This document shows, one piece after another, positions 1 to 7,108 of a DNA stretch of 15,186 nt (positions are counted from its first letter, which is position 1; each line of letters opens with the position of its first letter). A program made the position numbers and the translations under genes. The notes under the pieces were generated by a model that saw only the letters and a program-made list of their open reading frames with translations, was not told where the DNA came from and did no database searches. The stretch is from an uncultured Thermoplasmatales archaeon (GTDB taxonomy: Archaea > Thermoplasmatota > E2 > UBA202 > DSCA01), in contig CAZESS010000030.1 in NCBI GenBank assembly GCA_964514975.1, positions 1 to 15,186 of the forward strand, in the 5' to 3' direction.

Positions 1-201
1 TATCGGTACCATCTATATGACAAAGCTTCATTGTATATCATTTGTCAGACAAAAAAGTTCATGCACTCTAGGCTGTCAAATATGCGGCCAGTATGAGAAC
101 AATCCGCCCCCTGAGAATGCAAGCATAGAACGCAGGCTGGGTTTACCCTGGCCTACTGTCGACAATATATCTATAATTTCAATGTTCCTAAAGGAAAATA
201 G

Positions 202-302
202 TGTCGGGGGCGGGATCTGAACCCGCGACCTCCTGATGTCCCAGCGAACCCTTGAGCTGTGCTTATGAGTCAGGCGCTCTAACCAGGCTGAGCCACCCCG
301 AC
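202..302 (-). tRNA. Elongator tRNA-Met (CAT) with a 26-nt intron at canonical position 37/38 (intron 238..263); CCA not encoded
   Basis: The reverse complement folds as a cloverleaf: acceptor GTCGGGG/CCCCGAC-A, D-arm GCTC/GAGC, anticodon stem CCTGA/TCAGG with loop CT-CAT-A|intron|A, T-arm GCGGG-TTCAGAT-CCCGC. The intron forms a bulge-helix-bulge (CTCA/TGGG helix with 3-nt bulges TAA and ACA). Intron and acceptor stem fit archaeal elongator Met rather than initiator Met or Ile2. Confidence 0.93.
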
Positions 303-333
303 AGATTGGATGCCGGCGTTCCGGCGGCGTGTG

Positions 334-459
334 TCAGCGTTTTTCGACGGTGTAGCCGCAGTGGGTGCACTTCCACTTTTCGTAGACGTCATGCTCGAAG
401 GAGAACGGCACCAGTGAGCCATCCTCGCATTCTGGGCACGGCGGGAATATGTTTCCTAT
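334..459 (-). CDS. Small 41-aa C4 zinc-finger/zinc-ribbon protein with a non-canonical ATA start; not in the ORF track
   Basis: Translation (M/I)GNIFPPCPECEDGSLVPFSFEHDVYEKWKCTHCGYTVEKR* has CPEC and CTHCG knuckles. A Shine-Dalgarno GAGGTGA (470..464) lies 4 nt before ATA, and an in-frame TGA just upstream excludes an earlier ATG. Confidence 0.75.
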   Translation of the reverse strand: MGNIFPPCPECEDGSLVPFSFEHDVYEKWKCTHCGYTVEKR

Positions 460-514
460 CGTATCACCTCAAAAGGGAAAAACGGCCTGTTTTTTAAACG
501 TATCGCTCCGGGGA

Positions 515-526
515 CAAGGTTTTATG
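515..526 (+). promoter_or_regulatory. Putative BRE/TATA box of a leaderless tpiA transcript
   Basis: CAAGG-TTTTATG begins its T-run 29 nt upstream of the ATG at 549, the typical archaeal leaderless spacing. Confidence 0.5.
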
Positions 527-548
527 CCCCGCTGGCATTACATCATCC

Positions 549-1220
549 ATGAAGACACCGGCTGTCGTGGTGAACCTGAAAACCTACGAGAAGGGCACCG
601 GCATCCATGCCGTCAGGCTGGCTGAAACGATGCAGCAGGTGCACGAGGATACGGGGGCCTCGCTTGTCATCGCGGTGCAGGCCGCCGACCTCCATCGGGT
701 GGCGCAGGCGGTTGACATCCCGGTTTTCGCGCAGCACATGGATCCCGTTGTATATGGCAGCCATACGGGCTGGCTGCTGCCGGAGACGCTCGCCGGGGCG
801 GGTGCGGGCGGCGTGCTGCTCAACCATTCGGAGCACCGTCTTAGAACCAGCGAGGTGGCTGCGGCGGTGGAACGGGCGAATGATCTCGGTCTCGAAACGA
901 TTGTCTGCGCGGACAGCCCCGCTGTTGCAGGTGCGATGGCGGCGCTGCATCCCGGCTACGTGGCAATCGAGCCCCCGGAGCTCATCGGCGGCGACGTCTC
1001 GGTTACGTCGGCGGACCCGGGCATCGTGACGTGCTCCGTGGCACGGGTGGAGCAGGTGGCGCCGGCGGTGCGGGTGCTGTGCGGCGCTGGCGTGAAAACG
1101 GCCGGGGATGTCGAGGCGGCGCTGGAACTGGGCACCAGGGGCGTGCTGCTGGCCAGCGGCGTTGTCAAGGCTGCCGAGCCGGCGGAGGTGCTCCATGAGC
1201 TCGCCGGGGCAGTGGTATGA
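549..1220 (+). CDS. tpiA: Triosephosphate isomerase, archaeal type
   Basis: Motifs VVNLKTY, AQHMD, LLNHSEHR, AIEPPELIG, LCGAGVK and GVLLASGVVKA; 223 aa. Confidence 0.97.
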   Translation: MKTPAVVVNLKTYEKGTGIHAVRLAETMQQVHEDTGASLVIAVQAADLHRVAQAVDIPVFAQHMDPVVYGSHTGWLLPETLAGAGAGGVLLNHSEHRLRTSEVAAAVERANDLGLETIVCADSPAVAGAMAALHPGYVAIEPPELIGGDVSVTSADPGIVTCSVARVEQVAPAVRVLCGAGVKTAGDVEAALELGTRGVLLASGVVKAAEPAEVLHELAGAVV

Positions 1221-1873
1221 AACCCTTTGTCCATGTGAACTGCGCGATGTCGGTCGACGGCAAGATAGCGCTGGCCACAGGGGAACAGATACGTATCTCC
1301 TGTGAGGCGGACATGGCCCGGGTGCACCGGCTCCGCAATGACTCCGACGCCGTCCTGGTCGGCGTGGGCACCGTGCTGGCGGATGACCCGAAGCTGACGG
1401 TCAAGGAACGATATGTCCCGTCGGTGAGGCAGCCCCTGCGCGTGGTGCTGGACAGCGAGCTGCGGACGCCGTCCGACGCGGAGGTGATGAGCAATGCGGC
1501 GCCGACGCTGATCGCCACGGGCGGGCCGTCGTTTTCGCGTGGCAACGTGGCGGCGGTGAAATGTGGCGACGGGCGGGTGTCGCTGCCGGCGTTGCTGTCG
1601 CTGCTCCATGAGCGCGGCATCCGGCGGCTGCTCGTGGAGGGCGGTGAAACGGTTATCTATCAATTTTTGCGGAAGCGGCTGGTCGACCATCTTACGGTAT
1701 ATGTCGCCCCCATGGTTATCGGCGGCACCGGGACGCCGACGATGGCCGGCGGCACTGGGGCGGCAACCCCTGCCGAGGTCATCGGACTGGAACTTGCCGG
1801 GACCAAGCGGCTGGGCGAGGGCGTGCTTTTAACGTTGTATCCCTCAGTCGCCGGTGACCTGGACGATGAGTGA
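1217..1873 (+). CDS. arfC: 2,5-diamino-6-ribosylamino-4(3H)-pyrimidinone 5'-phosphate reductase (RibD C-terminal/Rib7-like; archaeal riboflavin pathway)
   Basis: Motifs KPFVHVNCAMSVDGKIA, HRLRNDSDAVLVGVGTVLADDPKLTV, PLRVVLDS and LLVEGG; no deaminase domain; ATGA overlap with the tpiA stop. Confidence 0.9.
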   Translation: MKPFVHVNCAMSVDGKIALATGEQIRISCEADMARVHRLRNDSDAVLVGVGTVLADDPKLTVKERYVPSVRQPLRVVLDSELRTPSDAEVMSNAAPTLIATGGPSFSRGNVAAVKCGDGRVSLPALLSLLHERGIRRLLVEGGETVIYQFLRKRLVDHLTVYVAPMVIGGTGTPTMAGGTGAATPAEVIGLELAGTKRLGEGVLLTLYPSVAGDLDDE

Positions 1874-2260
1874 CCGCTGCCGGGGCTTGACGTCGCATTC
1901 AACGAACACGATCTGCTGCCAGGTGCCGAGCTGCAGGGTTCCATCGATGACCGGCACCGCAATGCTTGGCCCGATGAGGCTCGCCCTGATGTGTGAATGG
2001 CCGTTGCCGTCGTGCCAGCGCTCCTCGTGCCGGTAGGCGATGTCGTGCGGTGCGATGCGTTCGAGCGCCGCCGGCAGGTCCTCAAGCAGCCCCGGCTCGT
2101 GTTCGATGGTGGTGATGGCGCCCGTTGACCCGGGATTGAAGATGCAGGCAATGCCTTCCCGGATGCCCGATGCCTCGACGACCTGCTGCGCCTGCCCGGA
2201 GATGTCGACGATGTCCATCTCCTCTGTCTGCACCTCGATGGTGCCGGTGTATGCTGCCAT
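1844..2260 (-). CDS. yjbQ: YjbQ/UPF0047 family protein (secondary thiamine-phosphate synthase activity)
   Basis: Motifs PGSTGAITTIEHEPGL, YRHEERWHDGNGHSHIRASLIGPS and LGTWQQIVFVECD. Start placed at ATG 2260 (MAAYTG) rather than 2320. Confidence 0.92.
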   Translation of the reverse strand: MAAYTGTIEVQTEEMDIVDISGQAQQVVEASGIREGIACIFNPGSTGAITTIEHEPGLLEDLPAALERIAPHDIAYRHEERWHDGNGHSHIRASLIGPSIAVPVIDGTLQLGTWQQIVFVECDVKPRQRSLIVQVTGD

Positions 2261-2335
2261 GGCCTGATAATGGGTATGTGTACTAAAATGTTGGCCGCAC
2301 ACGCAAATCTTTAAAGGCATGGTGCTTTCCCTGCC

Positions 2336-2827
2336 ATGAACGTTGGCACGGATACATATGTGGCATCATCCGCCGTGATGCTCGGCGACGTCTCGCTGGG
2401 GAATCGATGCAGCGTCTGGGAGCACGCGGTCATCCGGGCGGACCTGAACAGCATCACGATCGGCGATGGAAGCAACGTGCAGGACTGCTGCGTGCTGCAC
2501 GTGTCACCGGACGACGAAATCAAAATCGGGACGGAGGTCTCGGTTGGCCATGGGGCCATCGTGCACGGCGCCCGGGTCGACGATGACTGCATCGTGGGCA
2601 TCAACGCGACGGTGCTCGACGGGGTGCACATCGAGGAGGGATGCATCATCGCCGCGAACGCGGTGGTACCCCCTGGAACGCATATCCCTGCGCACAGCCT
2701 GGCGGCCGGCGTCCCCGCACGGGTCGTCAGGCAGGACAAAGGGCTGCTCGACGCCATCCGTGAAAACGCGCGGCATTACCATCACCTGCGAGAGCAGTAT
2801 CTCAAGGAAACATATACGCGGTTTTAG
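2336..2827 (+). CDS. Gamma carbonic anhydrase family protein (YrdA/CaiE-like left-handed beta-helix)
   Basis: Hexapeptide repeats, IRAD, SNVQD, and three putative metal-binding His (VLH, GHGAIVHG); AGVPARVVR. Confidence 0.92.
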   Translation: MNVGTDTYVASSAVMLGDVSLGNRCSVWEHAVIRADLNSITIGDGSNVQDCCVLHVSPDDEIKIGTEVSVGHGAIVHGARVDDDCIVGINATVLDGVHIEEGCIIAANAVVPPGTHIPAHSLAAGVPARVVRQDKGLLDAIRENARHYHHLREQYLKETYTRF

Positions 2828-3949
2828 GGCTCGTAGCCCAGCATGCCGAACGCGAAGGCCCAGCGCTCCCCAACCCGGTTTTTGTGCACATTGTCCAGCT
2901 CGTAGTTCCGCGCCGTGATGTGTGACTGCGATGCGATGTACCTGGTGAAGCGCTCCCGGTGGTCGTCGAACCCGCTGAGGGACAGCGCGGTGTAGAGGCG
3001 CTCGAGCTGCTCGATGGGATGCTGCACGAACTGCTCGTAGCCAACCTCGACATGCCTGCCGTCGGGGATGCTCGAGTGGCTGGCTTCATAGGAACGGTAG
3101 AGCGCCTCATATGTATCGAGGATTGCCTCGCCCATCTGCTCCTGCGAGGGCGGCCGCTGGACGGTGTAGCGGGGCAGCACCCGGGTCATGAACTTCATCA
3201 TGGAGGCGTAGACGTCGTAGGGGTTGCGGCGGATGTGGATGAAGCGTGCGTCGGGGAACATGTCAAGGAGCACCGGTATCCGGGCGGTGTTCGCCGGGTT
3301 TTTGAGCACCAGCCGGCGTCCCTCCCAGGTGTAGGTGAGCTTTTTGAGAAAGTGACGGTATGTCCGGCGCCACATGGCCTGCATGGTGCGCGGTGCGCTG
3401 TCGAGGGGGACGGTGGCATTGTAGTAGCGCATGTTGTGGGGGAAAATCCAGCCGTTGTAATAGGCGTAGGGGGGTGAGTGACCCGAGCGGGTATTCCTCT
3501 TCCTGGGGCAGGTCGGCGCCCATGGGGACCTCGTCCATCGGCCTGGTGTCGGGGATGCTCGCCGCCACGATAGATTTCAGGGCGGGGTTGCCAAGGAAGG
3601 CGCCCGGGACGAGGGAATGGAAGGTGGAGCAGTAGCCGAACTGCTCGTCGATGGCGAGCAGGTTGTGAAGATAGGTGGTGCCGCTACGCCAGTGACCGAT
3701 GATGAACACCGGATGCTTTTCGATGGCGGTGTCGGCGACGGCGCTGCCATATCGGACGCTGTCGAGCAGGCGGAAGGGCGCCAGGATGGTGCTAATCAGC
3801 CCGGCGTAGAGCAATCGTGGCACGTAGCGGCCTGCAATACGGAAATGATTTTGTGCCAGCAGCCTGAGCAACGTTGTCGTGTTGGCGCCGGCAAGCGGCT
3901 CGTACATGACGTCGAACGGGTCTTCTAGGATTTCCCACTCCGTGGCCAT
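2824..3949 (-). pseudogene. PAPS-dependent sulfotransferase family gene split by a +1 frameshift in a G6/C6 run (3469..3474); about 374 aa if restored. Could be a pseudogene, a sequencing error or recoding
   Basis: The N-terminal ORF has the 5'-PSB loop PVFIIGHWRSGTTYLHNLL and RPMD...PQEEE. The C-terminal frame has LVLKNPANTARI, FPDARFIHIRRNPYDV and YEQFVQHP. Deleting one C gives the continuous read LTP-YAYYNGWIFPHNMRYY. Confidence 0.85.
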
Positions 3950-3987
3950 CGTTTTTGATGCACGGATGCCTTAAAATACTTGCCGCC

Positions 3988-4014
3988 ACCCGCACCCCCT
4001 TATTTCCACTGGAA
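3988..4014 (-). repeat. ORB-like 27-bp element, copy 1 (TTCCAGTGGAAATAAGGGGGTGCGGGT)
   Basis: TTCCA-N-TGGAA dyad plus G-string; 24/27 and 25/27 identical to copies 2 and 3; lies between the divergent sulfotransferase and GT4 promoters. Confidence 0.8.
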
Positions 4015-4083
4015 CTGCTACGGGGGCAGGGGGCGAGCTAACCTTAATAAGCAATGCGGCATTCATCTGTAAAGAGGGCGAGC

Positions 4084-5100
4084 ATGAAAATCTGCATGGT
4101 TACCGGGCTGCAGAAGCTGGGCAGGATGCTGTCGTTCACCAGCGCCGGCGGGATGGGCACACAGGTCCCCATGCTGGCGGAACGCCTGCGCAGCCGGGGA
4201 TTCGAGGTCTCCATCGACGACCCCACGGGATGCGATGTCATCCACCTGCACAACCCCATGCCCCAGTTCGTGCCGCTCATCCTCAGGGCAAAGAAGCGCG
4301 GCACGCCCGTGGTCATCCACGCCCGCCATCTCCCCGAGCTCGTCAAAGGCGGCTTCAAGTTCGAATCATTGATCCATCCGCTGTTCACCCGGTACTCCCG
4401 CTGGCTGTACAACCAGGCCGACCTCGTCATCTGTGCGACACCCTACGTCCGGCGGTGGATGGAGGACAACCAGGTATCCTCGGCCCTGACGGTCATCCCC
4501 AACGGTGTCAACCTCGAGCGATTTGCCTACAGCGAGGAAAAGCGACGCCGTTTCCGTGAGCGACACGGCGTCGGCGACCGGTGCGTCGTGTTCTCGGTCG
4601 GTCTGCTCATCCCGCGGAAGGGGGTCCATGATTTCATCGAGACCGCACGGCGGCTGCGGCCACGCGACGACTACGCCTTCTTCTGGGCGGGCTCCACCGA
4701 GCCGGGGCTCGAACGCGTTGATATATCGGATGCGCCGGACAACGTCACCTTCCTCGGCCACGTTCCCTTCGACCGCATCGGCGAGCTGTACTCGGGCGGC
4801 GACATCTTTTTCTTTCCGACCCATGCGGAGAGCTACGGCAACGTGCTCTTCGAAGCCGCCGCCGCGAAACGATTGCTCCTCATCAGAGACATCGACATCT
4901 ACCGGAGTTGGCTCCGGCACGGCGAAAACTGCCTGAAAGGCGACAGCGCTGTGGCGTTCACCGGGGCCATCGAACAGATGCGGCAGGATGACGAACTGCA
5001 GGAACGGCTGCGGCAGGGTGCCCGGAAGCTGGCCGAAAAACATGACATCTCCCAAACCGTCGACCTGCTGGCCGATGCGTATACCCGGCTGGTAGCATGA
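4084..5100 (+). CDS. Glycosyltransferase family 4 (GT-B), similar in style to glycolipid glucosyl/galactosyltransferases
   Basis: Motifs MKICMV, DVIHLHN, ADLVIC, VIPNGVN, VGLLIPRKG, FLGHVP and DIFFFPTHAESYGNVLFEA (EX7E). Start ATG 4084 preferred over 4054. Confidence 0.9.
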   Translation: MKICMVTGLQKLGRMLSFTSAGGMGTQVPMLAERLRSRGFEVSIDDPTGCDVIHLHNPMPQFVPLILRAKKRGTPVVIHARHLPELVKGGFKFESLIHPLFTRYSRWLYNQADLVICATPYVRRWMEDNQVSSALTVIPNGVNLERFAYSEEKRRRFRERHGVGDRCVVFSVGLLIPRKGVHDFIETARRLRPRDDYAFFWAGSTEPGLERVDISDAPDNVTFLGHVPFDRIGELYSGGDIFFFPTHAESYGNVLFEAAAAKRLLLIRDIDIYRSWLRHGENCLKGDSAVAFTGAIEQMRQDDELQERLRQGARKLAEKHDISQTVDLLADAYTRLVA

Positions 5101-5675
5101 TCGGCGACGTCATCGTCGACTTTTTCAGCGGCTTCGGCGGCCTCGGCCTCATCATCGCGCTCTACCTGATATTCCTGGTGGACAGCATGATATTCCCGGC
5201 GCTCCCCGACTTTTTTCTGCTGATGATTTATGCGACAGATCCGCACAGCCTCCCCTGGGCGCTCACCCTGTTCTGCGTGGCGGTCGCCGGCAGCTTCTCC
5301 GGGAACACCCTGCTCTACCTGCTCGTTAAAAAGGCCTCGGTACCCGGCTTTATCGCTCGGGCCATGCAGAAATACAGCGACCTGCTCATCGTCAACGACG
5401 AGCGCATCCTGCTGATAAACCGCGTTGCCCCTGTTTTGCCGTATACCGGGGCTTTCATCGCCGTCAACAACTGGCGATACCGCCTGTCCATCACCTACAT
5501 CGTGGTCGGCGCCGCCGTAAAGTTCGGCGTCCTGCTGATGCTCTCCGGGACGTTTTACCGGCTGTTCAAACGAGGCGTGGCACAAAATGCGACGCTCGTA
5601 CTCATCATCACGACCATCGCCGTCAGCCTCGTCGCCTCCTACATCGAAAAACGGCGGCTGCGCCGCCCAAGCTAA
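5097..5675 (+). CDS. Integral membrane protein, DedA/VTT (SNARE-associated)-like
   Basis: About 5 hydrophobic segments, FLVDSMIFPALPD, AGSFSGNTLLY and a conserved-type R-x-x-P (NRVAPVLP); ATGA coupling to the GT4 stop. Confidence 0.65.
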   Translation: MIGDVIVDFFSGFGGLGLIIALYLIFLVDSMIFPALPDFFLLMIYATDPHSLPWALTLFCVAVAGSFSGNTLLYLLVKKASVPGFIARAMQKYSDLLIVNDERILLINRVAPVLPYTGAFIAVNNWRYRLSITYIVVGAAVKFGVLLMLSGTFYRLFKRGVAQNATLVLIITTIAVSLVASYIEKRRLRRPS

Positions 5676-7021
5676 TGCCCGAGCGAGATGTCTATCCGGG
5701 GGAACGGCAGCATCCTGCACCGGAAGCGCACCGCGACGTCGAAAAAATGCGATACGACCCGGCAATCAACGCCCAGGCCATCTCGCGGGGAGCGCATGGT
5801 GAGGTCGAGCGCGTTGTGCCCGAGCACCGACACCTGGCGCATCGGCTCTATCTCACAGGTCCCGTTGAGATACACGGCCTCGCTCCCGTTGCTGTACACG
5901 CCGGTGACCGGGCCGGGTGACTCCCAGAGATAGATGGCCCGCCAGAACGACGACGACAGATTTGTGTCCAGATAGGTATGGACATCGCAGGCCATCGAGC
6001 AGTTCAGGGTGACATGGTGCTCGCCGTGCCGGGCTGTCAGCCCGATGCTCGTCGGGTAATATGCGTCGTAGGCAGGGGCATATACCATGTTACCGTAACA
6101 AAAATCGATGTCGGAAAAGGTGAGATAGCGTCCCTTGGGGGAAACAAGGTAGAGGATGCCGAAGGCTGGCCCCTCGCTGACCCAGAACGGAATATTGCCA
6201 TAGAACATGCTCCATCCGTTGTCGAACGAGGCCCATATCCAGTCGTAGCCGAACGGGTTGCTCTCCGTGGCAAGACCGATGCTTGCTGGCAGGTCGCTGC
6301 GATACGACAGCCACCAGGAGGCAAGCCGGCCGTATGCCCTGATCGTTTCCGGGGCGCTGCCGCCCTGCAATGGATTGCTGTAGGTCCAGTTGCCCCAGAC
6401 GTGCTCATAGTAGCCCGTGCCGATACAACTCTGTGTCACGTTGTCCATGGTAAACGTGCCCGAGACATCGCAGCGGGGGATGAACCCGTAGCGGTAGGAG
6501 CCGAGCCCCATCGGGAGCACCGCGTCGGAGATGCCGTCAGCGACCCATTTCGGCGGCGTCGTGGCCTCGAGCTGCAAATCAACGGTGACGTTTTCTCGTT
6601 CGAAATGGACGCGATAGGAGGGATAGCTGCCCTGCATCCACGAATCATGGTAGCGCAGGTCGACGCGGTTTTTTTCAAACGAGAGCGTACCGATCGGGTC
6701 GCCATATGACCCGAGGGAATAGCTTACACCGCTTGAAAGGTTGAACAGGGTGAGAAAAAGATTGCAGGCTGGGGTCTCCCGCTCGTATTCAAAGGAAGAT
6801 GTCAGCGTCCATCGCGCCCCGTTGTCGAGCGTCATAATGGCGTCGATGTTCCACCATTCACGGCTGCAGGGGTAATGGTCGCCCTCATCCGCCGCCGTCC
6901 AGGTAGATGCACCGGTGTACACCGACCCGGGATGGCCAGGTGACATGGGGCAGAGCATCATCTGCAATGGGATGACACCGAGCAGCATGACGGTCACGCA
7001 GCAGACAATGACGGGACGCAT
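5672..7021 (-). CDS. Secreted or membrane-anchored lipocalin-like protein (AttH/CrtC/tocopherol-cyclase-like fold)
   Basis: N-terminal hydrophobic signal, EWWN motif, GTGYYEHVWG, GYDWIWASFDNG, YPT and WESP. Start at 7021 inferred from TATA TTTTTTATA at about 7049..7041; ATG 7030 is an alternative. Confidence 0.65.
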   Translation of the reverse strand: MRPVIVCCVTVMLLGVIPLQMMLCPMSPGHPGSVYTGASTWTAADEGDHYPCSREWWNIDAIMTLDNGARWTLTSSFEYERETPACNLFLTLFNLSSGVSYSLGSYGDPIGTLSFEKNRVDLRYHDSWMQGSYPSYRVHFERENVTVDLQLEATTPPKWVADGISDAVLPMGLGSYRYGFIPRCDVSGTFTMDNVTQSCIGTGYYEHVWGNWTYSNPLQGGSAPETIRAYGRLASWWLSYRSDLPASIGLATESNPFGYDWIWASFDNGWSMFYGNIPFWVSEGPAFGILYLVSPKGRYLTFSDIDFCYGNMVYAPAYDAYYPTSIGLTARHGEHHVTLNCSMACDVHTYLDTNLSSSFWRAIYLWESPGPVTGVYSNGSEAVYLNGTCEIEPMRQVSVLGHNALDLTMRSPRDGLGVDCRVVSHFFDVAVRFRCRMLPFPRIDISLGH

Positions 7022-7054
7022 GGTGTCCATACCGCCCGCATATAAAAAAACATT

Positions 7055-7081
7055 ACCCACACCCCCCTGTTTCCACTGGAA
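7055..7081 (-). repeat. ORB-like 27-bp element, copy 2 (TTCCAGTGGAAACAGGGGGGTGTGGGT)
   Basis: 26/27 identical to copy 3; sandwiched between two divergent TATA boxes (about 7041..7049 on minus and 7083..7090 on plus). Confidence 0.8.
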
Positions 7082-7108
7082 CTTTAATATAGCTGCGGGA
7101 TTTCACCT

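Noticed and set aside
202-302. tRNA-Ile2(CAT) or initiator tRNA identity
   Set aside because: It lacks the A1-U72 pair and GGG/CCC anticodon stem of the initiator and the GGGCCC-type acceptor of archaeal Ile2; the intron fits elongator Met.
252-497. Plus-strand 81-aa ORF, and the neighbouring ORF 17..220
   Set aside because: They are antisense to the tRNA and zinc-finger gene, with no motifs or RBS.
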